Assembly (NCBI GenBank): GCA_043732305.1
Contig: JAYTHU010000170.1
Coordinates: 43,757-107,756, forward strand
DNA: 64,000 bases
Reading direction: 5' to 3'
Source: Oligoflexia bacterium
GTDB lineage: Bacteria; Bdellovibrionota; Bdellovibrionia; JABDDW01
Made by a program: the position numbers and the translations under genes. The notes below the pieces were generated by a model. The model was not told the DNA's origin, ran no database searches, and worked only from the letters and a program-made list of their open reading frames with translations. This document shows, in pieces, positions 10,210 to 19,771 of the stretch. The stretch's first letter is position 1, and every line of letters starts with the position of its first letter.

Positions 10210-10470
10210 TTAGTCTTCATCGTTTTGGCCATTCGTGGAATTGACAGGTTGGTCACGTTTTGATTTCTTGGCTTTTGAATTTACAGGCGCTTCGGGTTTT
10301 ATTTCCGGATCGCCTTCACCTTCTCCTGTTTGAGGAGTGTAAAGAGGTCGGCCATGTCCAATGTCATCGGGACTAGCAGGAGGCTGAGGATCATTTTTGA
10401 CCCCACAACTAACTACAAGCGATGAAACTACAATTAAAACGAATGAGAAAATTAGGTTTTTTATTTTCAT
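10210..10470 (-). CDS. Small lipoprotein, LptM/YifL-like
   Basis: Signal peptide, then VVS|CGVKNDPQPP (cf. CGxKGPLYxP) and a disordered tail; directly upstream of dapF. Confidence 0.6.
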   Translation of the reverse strand: MKIKNLIFSFVLIVVSSLVVSCGVKNDPQPPASPDDIGHGRPLYTPQTGEGEGDPEIKPEAPVNSKAKKSKRDQPVNSTNGQNDED

Positions 10471-11267
10471 AGAATTTTTTCTTTCGCCCGACTGCATAGG
10501 GAGGGGTCTCGAAGATTTATTTTTTTAGTCTTACATAACTCGTTGTATTTCAATATAAGTTTCTGGTCATCGAGAGATGAGGCCTGTAATTCGTTCATGT
10601 AATAATAAGCTTCCGCATAACTCTTATCTTTGCCAATGGAAGTGTCAAAATTTTTCTTCGCTTCGTCTAATTTTCCCAATTTCATTGCCGCTATTCCTCT
10701 AAAATAATAATCGAGAGCATTAGCCGAGCCAGAAGAGACCATCGCATCTGCTGTAACAAGTGCTTCGGCCCACGAGTCGGAAGCAATTTCTAAAGCAAGC
10801 TTGTCTCGTGAGAGTTCGTCATCGAGCGGATTGATTTGCAAGGCCCGAACATTTGCCTCAACGGCCAACTTTATTTTTTTAGTCCAAAACAAAGCCAGAC
10901 TCAGATTGTGAAGAACCTCTGTGTTGCTTTTTTCAGTCTCATCGGCTTCCGTGAATTTATCCACAGCCTCCTGATATTTTTCTTTTTCTAGAAAATCTTT
11001 CCCAACTAAAAAATTTTGGAAACCTTTGTCCGAGTAATAGTTTTTTGAAAAATAAAAAAGGCGCTCTTTGAGGAATGCCGCATCCGCACCTTTAGATTTT
11101 CGATGAGCTTCGAAAAGAGTGTAACAAGCAAGAAGGCGATCTTGCACCAGGGTTGAATTTTCGGCTTTTTTAACTGCCTGTGAAGCTTTAGAGGACTGCC
11201 CTTGCGAAGCAGCCGGAGGGGTAAAGAGTAAGAATAAAATGATAAACGAAACCACTAAAGCATTCAT
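10467..11267 (-). CDS. Exported TPR-repeat protein
   Basis: Signal peptide; TPR patterns (YYFRGIAAMKLGKLDEAKKNF, RALQINP). Confidence 0.75.
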   Translation of the reverse strand: MNALVVSFIILFLLFTPPAASQGQSSKASQAVKKAENSTLVQDRLLACYTLFEAHRKSKGADAAFLKERLFYFSKNYYSDKGFQNFLVGKDFLEKEKYQEAVDKFTEADETEKSNTEVLHNLSLALFWTKKIKLAVEANVRALQINPLDDELSRDKLALEIASDSWAEALVTADAMVSSGSANALDYYFRGIAAMKLGKLDEAKKNFDTSIGKDKSYAEAYYYMNELQASSLDDQKLILKYNELCKTKKINLRDPSLCSRAKEKIL

Positions 11268-11312
11268 GTTTAACCTCAACATTGAAAGATTTGGCGATTT
11301 TAAATTTGAAAC

Positions 11313-13610
11313 TCAGTCCAAACTATTTGCTAAAACGCGGCGAGGCTTACTTCCATTAGATGGACTAACCACACCCTCATTTTCAAGCATCTCAATCAGC
11401 CTTGCGGCCTTAGGATACCCAAATCTGAATCGACGTTGCAATAGACTTGCGCTGACTTCTTTTTGGCTGGCCACATAGGCAACCACTTGATCGTACTCTT
11501 GATCTAACTCAGGGCTATGATGTTGGTCTTCACCCTCTGGATTGTCTATTGCCGCCTGCAGGCTCTGGACGGCGGTTTGCTCAAATTGTGGCTCCCCTTG
11601 TTTCATCCAAAATTCAGTGACGCCATTGATTTCTTCGTCACGCAAAAAAGCCCCGTGATATCGTTGCGGCTGTGAAATTCCGGGCGCTAAATAGAGCATA
11701 TCTCCAACGGAAAGAAGTCTCTCTGCTCCTCGAGAATCGAGAATAATTGTCGAGTCCACTTTGCTGGCGACCTTGAAACTGATTCGACCAGGAAAATTGG
11801 TTTTAATTAATCCGGTAAGAACTTCTCTTCTGGGACTTTGCATGGCGATGACAATATGAATACCCGCCGCGCGAGCCATTTGAGCTAAACGCACCACAAG
11901 CGGTTCAATCGATGTTCGATCAACTGACATGAGATCAGCAAACTCTTCGATCACAGCGACAATATAAGGAAGTTGTTTTGCGTAATAGGATTGGCTCATA
12001 GTTTGAGGTTGCGATTCAAAAGCTTTTATTTTTTCCTCATGAAGCGTCGTTTCTTGTATCGAAAGCTTCCCAATAACTTCATTGAAACCTTCAATATTTT
12101 TACTGCCAAACTGACTCATGGATCTATAGCGTCTTTCCATTTCTTTTACTAACCAGCGCAAGGTGGTAACAGCTGGTTTAGTTTCTTTCACTGGAGGCAT
12201 GAGCAAATGAGGGATTTTATGAAACGCGCTTAGATCCACTTGTTTAGGATCAATGATGATGAGCTTCAACGTTTTTGGAGAATGTCGCATGATGAGGCTT
12301 GTCACCAAAGACATTACAAAAACGCTCTTTCCAGAACCGGTTGTTCCAGCCACAAGCAAATGAGGAAGTTTTCTCAAATCAACAATTTTTGGTTCGCCTG
12401 TGACTGATTTTCCGAGAGCGATTGGGAGCTTAATGTCTGGCGACCAGAAATCCGGCGATTCCAAAAGATCTTTCATATAGATGGGCTGACGAGTGCTGTT
12501 TGAAGTTTCAATCCCCACCACATCTCTGCCAGGGATTGGGGCAATTATTCTTAGCGACTCTGCTGACAGTGCGAGAGAAAGATCGTCGTTAAGTTTTGTG
12601 ATCTCATTGATTTTAACACTGGCTGCGGGCTTGAATTCATACATTGTCACAGCTGGACCGGGTTTAACATCAACCACTTGCCCCGAGACATCAAACTCCG
12701 CTAATTTTTGTTCCACTAATTTAGCATTGCGATTGATCTCACGCTCATCGACTTTTTTTGTATCTGTAGGTGCATCAAGCAAAAGCTCCATTCCGGGGAG
12801 CTGCCAATTTTCGATTTGCATAACTGGACGTTGGGGCTTGGCTTTTACTTTTTCTGCTTTTGTTCTCGCCAGGTCTTTGAGGGAAAATTTCAGCAATGAT
12901 TTAGGCGCTTGATCTTTTGATTCGAGCAGAACATCTTCGTCTGAAACTGGCTCAGCCTCGGCAAATGCTCCGGGAATCTCCTTCATAAAGCTGCGCTGAG
13001 GTTCCATTTGCCGTGGAGCCATCATCTTTAATCTCAATAAGGATGCTTCTTGGCTCAGGCGTTTGGAGAAGGTCCATATCCAAGGCATCAAATCGCGAAT
13101 TGGTTTTTCGGTGTAGAAGACCAAAAAAACTAAAAAGGCAGCCCACAGAATAATAGCCACACCTGTTTTATTAAATCCGAGAACCAAGCCATGACTTAAA
13201 AGTAAACCGAGCGCACCTCCAAGAGAAACTTGGCCGCCGTAAATTCGAGTCTGAGGAAAATGCAGAGCCATAAGACTACTCATAACTATCAAAAGAAGAA
13301 TGACCCAAACCTTGCGCAATAGATTTGGTTTCCCACCTTGATCTTTGAAAGCTTTGATCGAAGCTCTCATCATCACTATGACAAAAACCCAAGCAACAAT
13401 TCCGAACAAATAGAAAAGAAAATCACTAAGAAAACTTCCAAAGTAACCACAGAAATTTTGAACATGTCCTGCTTTGGCAAACTTTGAAAAACTATTTAGA
13501 GACGGATCTGACGGGTGATAGCTCACCAAAGACAGGCCTAAAAATAAAGCGGAAGCGCCCCATATAACACCGTAAACATCCCTGCGGAATTTTTCGAAAA
13601 ATTTTGCCAT
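11313..13610 (-). CDS. ftsK: DNA translocase FtsK
   Basis: N-terminal TM domain, PHLLVAGTTGSGKS Walker A, RLAQMARAAGIH, gamma domain SASLLQRRFRFGY. Confidence 0.96.
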   Translation of the reverse strand: MAKFFEKFRRDVYGVIWGASALFLGLSLVSYHPSDPSLNSFSKFAKAGHVQNFCGYFGSFLSDFLFYLFGIVAWVFVIVMMRASIKAFKDQGGKPNLLRKVWVILLLIVMSSLMALHFPQTRIYGGQVSLGGALGLLLSHGLVLGFNKTGVAIILWAAFLVFLVFYTEKPIRDLMPWIWTFSKRLSQEASLLRLKMMAPRQMEPQRSFMKEIPGAFAEAEPVSDEDVLLESKDQAPKSLLKFSLKDLARTKAEKVKAKPQRPVMQIENWQLPGMELLLDAPTDTKKVDEREINRNAKLVEQKLAEFDVSGQVVDVKPGPAVTMYEFKPAASVKINEITKLNDDLSLALSAESLRIIAPIPGRDVVGIETSNSTRQPIYMKDLLESPDFWSPDIKLPIALGKSVTGEPKIVDLRKLPHLLVAGTTGSGKSVFVMSLVTSLIMRHSPKTLKLIIIDPKQVDLSAFHKIPHLLMPPVKETKPAVTTLRWLVKEMERRYRSMSQFGSKNIEGFNEVIGKLSIQETTLHEEKIKAFESQPQTMSQSYYAKQLPYIVAVIEEFADLMSVDRTSIEPLVVRLAQMARAAGIHIVIAMQSPRREVLTGLIKTNFPGRISFKVASKVDSTIILDSRGAERLLSVGDMLYLAPGISQPQRYHGAFLRDEEINGVTEFWMKQGEPQFEQTAVQSLQAAIDNPEGEDQHHSPELDQEYDQVVAYVASQKEVSASLLQRRFRFGYPKAARLIEMLENEGVVSPSNGSKPRRVLANSLD

Positions 13611-13772
13611 GCCTAATTGTATAGGAAAAATTATAATTTAGATGCGCGACCTAGGTACTATTGCAACGCATAATCAACAACTTAAAAACATTATGAGGGT
13701 GTTCGTACAGTTCTCTTGCAACTTCTTCGGCATAAATATATATCAAGTCCACCAACATTATAGGGGAACCGA

Positions 13773-14084
13773 ATGTCCAACAGTAACCAGTCGCAAAATT
13801 TGCTCGTGGCTAATTTGAATCAGATCAGTCTGGAAAAACTTGTCAAAAGCAAACTTGAGGTCATTTTGGAGCAACACAAAGCTGGTGGTCGAGTCAAAAA
13901 TCTTTATAACCAAGTCTTGGAACAAGTGGAAAAACCCATGATCGAACTTGCGCTGAATGTTCATGCTGGTAATCAAATTAAAACTGCGGAATTTTTGGGA
14001 ATCAACAGGAACACTTTGAGAAAAAAGATCACTATCTACAAAATCAAGATTCGCAGTTTCACTGCACCAAAAGTCGCTAAGTAA
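13773..14084 (+). CDS. Stand-alone Fis-family HTH protein
   Basis: [19 protein letters not shown]...[20 protein letters not shown] matches the Fis/HTH_8 pattern. Confidence 0.85.
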   Translation: MSNSNQSQNLLVANLNQISLEKLVKSKLEVILEQHKAGGRVKNLYNQVLEQVEKPMIELALNVHAGNQIKTAEFLGINRNTLRKKITIYKIKIRSFTAPKVAK

Positions 14085-14096
14085 TCTGATTTAATT

Positions 14097-14339
14097 TTAT
14101 TCGTGACCAAGTTCTTCGGGACTAATTTCTTCTTCAATAAGCACACCTTGATCAAATGCATCTTTAGCTTGAATAATGACATCTTTGAGATATTGAGAGA
14201 GAACCTGCCTCAGCTCTTCCATGGTCATATCACTAGCATTTAGTCCTTTTTTGCTTAGCAATTTCCCTAATTCGTTGGAAACCAAATTGGCAGGCAAACC
14301 AGTGGATTCTGTGACTTTTTTAAATAGTTCATTAGACAT
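14097..14339 (-). CDS. Small helical hypothetical protein with acidic tail
   Basis: ATG at 14339 preceded by GAGGGGG SD; 80 aa. Confidence 0.65.
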   Translation of the reverse strand: MSNELFKKVTESTGLPANLVSNELGKLLSKKGLNASDMTMEELRQVLSQYLKDVIIQAKDAFDQGVLIEEEISPEELGHE

Positions 14340-14436
14340 AAAAGGCGTCCCCCTCTTGACCGACATCTGTTTAGACCCCATTATGTGAACATGGGGTTAA
14401 TATCGAAGCAAAGGAATTCTTAAAAGGAGCCTGACT

Positions 14437-15144
14437 ATGCCATTCAAAGACAGTTTACAAACTCGCACGGTGAGCGGACTTGATATCTCTCGATTCTTAT
14501 CCCGCGTGTACGGCTGGATGACTTTTGGACTGTTAATCACAGCGGTCACGGGCTACATGATTAGCTCAAACGCGGAACTTGCACATTCTCTGTTGCGAGG
14601 GCCCGGGCTTATTGTCGCCATAGTTTTGCAGTTTGGTTTAGTAATTGCCCTTAGCGCAGGAATCAAACGCATGAGTGTAGGAACCGCAACCGCGTGTTTT
14701 CTGCTTTATTCTTTTGTCACCGGCGTGACCTTCTCTACAATATTTTTAGTTTATAAACTCGATACTATCGGCCAGGTATTTGCGATCACCGCTGGAACTT
14801 TCGGCACGATGGCCATCTACGGCTTTATCACTAAGCGCGATCTCTCAGGAATGGGAAGCTTCATGCTAATGGGATTGTTTGGCGTGATCATTGCCTCCGT
14901 AGTGAATATTTTTATGCATTCAGCGGGACTTGATTTTGCAGTTTCAATCTTATGCGTCGCCATTTTTTCCGGTCTTACCGCATGGGACGTGCAGAAATTA
15001 AAGCAGATTGCGGCAAGTGGAGATGTGGATAGTGATGAGTCTCACAAAATGGCCATCTATGGAGCGCTCAGTCTTTATCTAGATTTTATCAATTTGTTCT
15101 TTGCTCTGTTACGAATTTTTGGTGGCGGCCGAAGTCGAGATTAA
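14437..15144 (+). CDS. Bax inhibitor-1/YccA family membrane protein
   Basis: About 7 TM helices, FLSRVYGWM, TAWDVQKLK, GALSLYLDFINLF; AAGGAG SD. Confidence 0.93.
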   Translation: MPFKDSLQTRTVSGLDISRFLSRVYGWMTFGLLITAVTGYMISSNAELAHSLLRGPGLIVAIVLQFGLVIALSAGIKRMSVGTATACFLLYSFVTGVTFSTIFLVYKLDTIGQVFAITAGTFGTMAIYGFITKRDLSGMGSFMLMGLFGVIIASVVNIFMHSAGLDFAVSILCVAIFSGLTAWDVQKLKQIAASGDVDSDESHKMAIYGALSLYLDFINLFFALLRIFGGGRSRD

Positions 15145-15155
15145 GTTTCGACTTA

Positions 15156-15742
15156 TCAAGGCACCTTGATTACCGGCATGACTTTGTCTCTGGCAGCTCT
15201 CAAAATATAAACGGATTTTCCATCCTGATCAGGCCCTAAGCTCGCAGCTTGGAGAATCTCGTTTACCCATCCGTAAGTAGAATAGGCTCGACATAGAACT
15301 GCAAGAACTTCTTTGAATGTTGTCAGACTGAATTTTGGATCAAAAACAGGCGGAGCCACCAATGAAAAGATGCTGTGAGCCCGCGTGGGTAAGCACTGCT
15401 CCTTGGAAAGGACCGAGGATATTTTTTCCGTTAGTTTTAATTTCAACTATCGATTCAATTCCTCTTGGAGAAATAAGAGCGAGCCTGCCTTCAGGAGTTC
15501 TATTTTTGACCATGTTGAGAGCAATCGCAATCGTTCCATCTTCGAAAACGTAAGAGTTTGTCAAGACTGTTCTTTGGCTGGGCGAATAATCCACCTGGTG
15601 CATTTTTTTGACTATCCCGTGACTGAGTCTTTCCACATCAGCCGAGCCAATGAGTTTTGAGAGTGCGTCGTCACAAGGATTTGCTAACGTGGTTTTGCTG
15701 ATAGCTAAAATTAAAAACATAGATATTGAGATTTTTTTTCAT
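15156..15742 (-). pseudogene. Probable frameshifted gene for a secreted protein, split across three frames
   Basis: ATG at 15742 is followed by an A8 run; removing one A gives MKKISISMFLILAISKTTLA|NPC. A second +1 shift before the stop at 15340 joins the frame ending at 15156. Confidence 0.5.
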
Positions 15743-15759
15743 GAGGCACTGCCTGATTT

Positions 15760-17121
15760 TTAGTTATTTGAATGAACAGACGGAGCGGGCGCATGACCAT
15801 CTGCCATTGCCAAATTTGTGAAGGTTCCGAAGTGCGATAGGAACGTGACCTTAACTGATCCAACTGGACCGTTACGTTGCTTAGCTATGATGATTTCAGC
15901 TTGGCCTTTGTTGTCTGCGCTGTCGCGATCATAATATTCATCCCGATAAATCATGGCTATGACGTCAGCATCCTGCTCGATCGCACCTGATTCTCGAAGA
16001 TCTGAAAGCATGGGACGTCGATCATTTCGACCTTCAACGCCTCGATTGATCTGAGAGAGAACAACAACTGGTACGCCAAGTTCTTTCGCAAGTGCTTTCA
16101 TGTTTCGAGACATTTCTGAAACTGCACGCTCGCGACTTTCGACTTTTACTTTTAAATCCATGATTTGAAGGTAGTCGACCATGATGAGATCAAGACCCTT
16201 TTGCGTTTTCAGTCGGCGAGCCTTTGCTCTGATTTCATAGGGACTAATACCTGAAGTGTCATCGATGTAAAGTGGAGCATCACTGAAACGAGAAGCGACA
16301 TTGATGAGTCTTGGCCAAAAGCTGTCTGCTACGCGGCCAGTTCTTAGATCACTGAGGTTGACGCGTGCTTCTGAAGCGAGCATTCGCATCATGACTGATT
16401 CCAAACCCATTTCTAAGGAAAAGAATGCGACTGATTTTTTCTCACGCAACGCCACGTGTTGAGCGATGTTAAGCGCAAAAGCAGTTTTCCCCATGGAGGG
16501 CCGAGCTGCAATAATAACTAGATCTCCGGATTGAAGACCGGATGTCATCTTGTCAAAATCAGTGAAGCCCGTGGCCACACCGGTGACGGCTGCTTTTGCA
16601 TTGTACATGTATTCGATTTTATCAAGACTGGCTTTGATGATGCTACTCGCAGGAACAAGTCCTGCTTTTTTTGATTTTTCCGCGACTTGGAAAACACCAG
16701 ACTCAGCTTCGTTAAGAAACTTGTCGAGATCTTCAAAATCTTGGTTGTAAGCTTTTTCGACGATCTCTGAGCAGATCGTGATGAGTCGACGAGTTGTCGA
16801 CTTTTCTTTCACGATTTCTGCATAGTGAACAATATTTGCCGACGACGGAGTTTGATCAACGATGGTGGCCAAATAAGATGTCCCGCCAATAGCATCGAGC
16901 TCTCCAGAATCCCGAAGAGACGACGTGATGGTCAGAAGATCTACAGGTTGATTTTTAGTTTTAAGCCCCATCACCGTAGCGTAAATCTTACGGTGAGCGT
17001 TCTTATAAAAATCTTCCTCTGTGATCACATCCACAATGCGATCAAGCGCATCTGGATCAACCATGATGCCACCAAGGACGGATTGCTCCGCCTCTAAGTT
17101 TTGTGGAGGTATCTTTGACAT
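15760..17121 (-). CDS. dnaB: Replicative DNA helicase
   Basis: PPQNLEAEQSVLG, AARPSMGKT, VDYLQ, LSDLRESGAIEQDAD. Confidence 0.98.
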   Translation of the reverse strand: MSKIPPQNLEAEQSVLGGIMVDPDALDRIVDVITEEDFYKNAHRKIYATVMGLKTKNQPVDLLTITSSLRDSGELDAIGGTSYLATIVDQTPSSANIVHYAEIVKEKSTTRRLITICSEIVEKAYNQDFEDLDKFLNEAESGVFQVAEKSKKAGLVPASSIIKASLDKIEYMYNAKAAVTGVATGFTDFDKMTSGLQSGDLVIIAARPSMGKTAFALNIAQHVALREKKSVAFFSLEMGLESVMMRMLASEARVNLSDLRTGRVADSFWPRLINVASRFSDAPLYIDDTSGISPYEIRAKARRLKTQKGLDLIMVDYLQIMDLKVKVESRERAVSEMSRNMKALAKELGVPVVVLSQINRGVEGRNDRRPMLSDLRESGAIEQDADVIAMIYRDEYYDRDSADNKGQAEIIIAKQRNGPVGSVKVTFLSHFGTFTNLAMADGHAPAPSVHSNN

Positions 17122-17125
17122 TTTT

Positions 17126-17569
17126 TTATTCGCGCTCGACGTTGACCTTTATTTCGGTTTCAACTCCGGAGGCGATTCTAATAGTCACTCGATGTTGTCC
17201 CAAGATTTTGATGGGTTCAGAAATATGAATGTCACGTTTTTCAATCGCAAATCCAGCTTTAACAAGTTCAATTGCGATATCACTGCTAGTGACTGATCCG
17301 AAAAGTTTATCGGTTTCGCCAGCTTGTGATTTTAAAGTCACAGTGTGTGCTCCCAATTTTTCAGCGATCTTCTTAGAAGCGCCAACTGCCTTTTTCTTTC
17401 TAGCTTCAGCCATGGCTTGAAGATGCTTGAATTCTTTTTCTCGGCCTTCGGTTGCAATCAATGCAAGTTTACGGGGGAGTAAAAAGTTACGTGCGTATCC
17501 ATCAGAGACTTTTACGAGATCTCCAATTTTACCAACGGCAGCAACATCTTGAGATAAAATAACTTTCAT
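17126..17569 (-). CDS. rplI: 50S ribosomal protein L9
   Basis: MKVIL...GYARNFLLP, KLFGSVT. Confidence 0.98.
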   Translation of the reverse strand: MKVILSQDVAAVGKIGDLVKVSDGYARNFLLPRKLALIATEGREKEFKHLQAMAEARKKKAVGASKKIAEKLGAHTVTLKSQAGETDKLFGSVTSSDIAIELVKAGFAIEKRDIHISEPIKILGQHRVTIRIASGVETEIKVNVERE

Positions 17570-17581
17570 AAAGGCTCCTTT

Positions 17582-18466
17582 TTAAATCGCAGTTCTCTTG
17601 TCTGTCTTCTTCCTAGTTCTAAACTGCATCCACAAATCGATGAAGCCTAGAGAAGCGACAGCCCAAAACTGCGTGAAGATTAATATATAACTTATCATTC
17701 GCCAAATAGGGCCAACTCTCTTCGTGTTAAAAAAGTTGACCACTACGGCCAAGCCCTGGAAGAAATAAAGCATGATCACAACGTTAAAAACGTTAGTGCA
17801 TGTCCATTTAAGCCAAAGCGGTTCGAAATCTAGAAAATTTCCAGCTGCTGATGCGAGGGCAATCCACACAAAAGCATCAGGAAGTTTCCATTCCAAAAGT
17901 TCTTGGCTCGAAAAATGATGAGAAAGTTTCTCTGGAGCCCATCCCAATATTTTCTCCACTCGAGGAGCGAGAATAGAATTGAGCCAAACAGAGAAAATAG
18001 TCATCATCACAATGGCTGAAGGCACCTGCTTTAAAACACTGTCTTGGTCTTGAGTGACCTCTGGAGTCACTTTGAGCTGAGTCAGGGTTTGAGCGATTTG
18101 TTCTTTGAAAAAAACAATCGGTTGAAAACCCAAATAATGAACTGCAAAGCTTCCGAGTAAAAAGCCAACTCCGGCAAGAACAATCACTGTTACAAAAATA
18201 GAAGCCGTATAACCAATGTTCGAATTTTCACACTCGGTAAGCACAACGGTTAAAATAGCCGCTGCACCAAAAGACATCGCAACCACTAACGGCGCCAAAA
18301 AATAAAGGGCTACCGTGCCTGCTAACGCCGCCGCTAATAAAGCGAGGCGACCTTCTTTTCTTCTGAGTACCAGAAGAGGAAGGGGCGCTAGAAAAACTGT
18401 CGTCACTGAAAACGCAACGGCGGTCAATCCAGAAAGCAAAGTGTGGAGGAGTCTTCGAGTCTGCAT
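17582..18466 (-). CDS. YybS/DUF2232 membrane protein
   Basis: Multi-TM protein with WKLPD, YFFQGLAV, LGFIDLW motifs; sits between rpsF and rplI. Confidence 0.8.
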   Translation of the reverse strand: MQTRRLLHTLLSGLTAVAFSVTTVFLAPLPLLVLRRKEGRLALLAAALAGTVALYFLAPLVVAMSFGAAAILTVVLTECENSNIGYTASIFVTVIVLAGVGFLLGSFAVHYLGFQPIVFFKEQIAQTLTQLKVTPEVTQDQDSVLKQVPSAIVMMTIFSVWLNSILAPRVEKILGWAPEKLSHHFSSQELLEWKLPDAFVWIALASAAGNFLDFEPLWLKWTCTNVFNVVIMLYFFQGLAVVVNFFNTKRVGPIWRMISYILIFTQFWAVASLGFIDLWMQFRTRKKTDKRTAI

Positions 18467-18468
18467 TC

Positions 18469-18897
18469 TTATTCTTCGGATTCGGGAACTTCTTCTTCAA
18501 CTTGTTGCTGACGACGTGCTTTTTCTTCTTCTGCACGTTCTTTTTCGCGCTTAGCACGAGCTTCCAATTTTCCTTTGTAAGCAGCAATTGCAGCCATAGG
18601 ATCAACTTTGTCGTCGATCTTAACTGTCAAGAATCTGAAAATATCTTCATTGATTCTCATGCTTCTTTCAAGCTCAGCAACCGCAGTGGTGTCAGCATTG
18701 AAAGTCATGCAGAAGTAATGACCTTTGAGTTCTTTTTGAATGGGATATGTGAGTTTCTTTTTTCCCCAATCGTCCATATTGAGAAGTTTGCCTTTGGCAG
18801 CTTCAATGATGGATTTATTTTTGTTATGAAGCTCGACCATGCGAGGTTCAGTAGCATTGGGATTGGTGATAAAAATAGTCTCGTAGTTACGAGTCAT
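18469..18897 (-). CDS. rpsF: 30S ribosomal protein S6
   Basis: NYETIFI, DWGKKKLTYPI, ELERSMRINEDIFRFL. Confidence 0.97.
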   Translation of the reverse strand: MTRNYETIFITNPNATEPRMVELHNKNKSIIEAAKGKLLNMDDWGKKKLTYPIQKELKGHYFCMTFNADTTAVAELERSMRINEDIFRFLTVKIDDKVDPMAAIAAYKGKLEARAKREKERAEEEKARRQQQVEEEVPESEE

Positions 18898-18921
18898 GCG
18901 AATTAGTCCTTTCGATCTGCA

Positions 18922-18974
18922 CCCTTTTCACGGGGGGCCCTTTGGGCTTATAAACTAGGCCAAAGAGCAAGGTT
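18922..18974 (-). ncRNA. S6:S18 ribosomal-protein leader (cis-regulatory RNA)
   Basis: Minus strand reads CCUU-GCUCUUUGG..CCAAAGGGC-CCCCCG-UGAAAAGG: nested stems with an unpaired C-rich bulge, just upstream of rpsF. Confidence 0.7.
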
Positions 18975-19063
18975 ATGTACTTATAGTTAGTTTACGGGTC
19001 TATCATGATGTGCCACCAGGAGCCAGACTTTTCAAATGACTTTAATAGGATTAAACTATCACT

Positions 19064-19771
19064 ATGATTCTTAGACTCAAAATCACGCAAGGCTCCAGAA
19101 AAAAAGACGAATTCACCATCAAAAATGAGGTTTTCATCGGTCGATCACGCTCAGACACGGACCTGACGATTGATGACCACAAAGCGTCCGCGAAACACGC
19201 CAGAATTCATTTGGCAGACAATCACACTTTTCAACTGGAAGATCTTGCTTCGTCAAATGGCACTTCGTTGAATGGGCATAAGATCAATGAGCAGAAGGAA
19301 CTTAAACTCGGGGACACCTTCACAATTGGGCGGACTTCGTTTGAAGTCATTGAAATTTCAGGTGAATCTCTATTTGAGAAGGGCTCATGGCAAGCTACCG
19401 TCGACGCGAGCCTTTCCAGTGCGCAATCTCTTTATGATAAGCTCCCGCCAGCTCAATCAGATTTCGGGTTCTTCAAAGAACCCGTCTCTTTAGAAGTGAC
19501 AAAGGGCGATGCAAAAGGTGGGAAATTCACTTTTACATTTGGACCTCGACTGGTGGGCAAATACAGTGTGGATGCACCAGTCTTTGCAAAAGACTTTCCC
19601 GACGAAGCTTTTGAACTTCGCCCACTCAAAGGACAGTGCGAGCTTTTCACCAAAATAAAAGATGCCGTAAAAGTTAATTCCAACTCGGTGCATGCAGTGG
19701 TTTTAAAAGATGGCGATTTGATTTCTGTTGGACAGACCGAAATACTTGTGAAATTCCTTAGTGACATATGA
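19064..19771 (+). CDS. FHA-domain protein (intact N-terminal FHA, degenerate C-terminal FHA-like domain)
   Basis: IGRS...SAKHA...DLASSNGT; second repeat LVGK...LKDGDLISVG. Confidence 0.85.
   Translation: MILRLKITQGSRKKDEFTIKNEVFIGRSRSDTDLTIDDHKASAKHARIHLADNHTFQLEDLASSNGTSLNGHKINEQKELKLGDTFTIGRTSFEVIEISGESLFEKGSWQATVDASLSSAQSLYDKLPPAQSDFGFFKEPVSLEVTKGDAKGGKFTFTFGPRLVGKYSVDAPVFAKDFPDEAFELRPLKGQCELFTKIKDAVKVNSNSVHAVVLKDGDLISVGQTEILVKFLSDI

Noticed and set aside
10957..10965. Perfect DnaA box TTATCCACA (also 44907-44915 in gyrB and 58495-58503 in the bactofilin gene)
   Set aside because: Isolated, inside coding sequence and explained by VD(K/N) codons; no clustering
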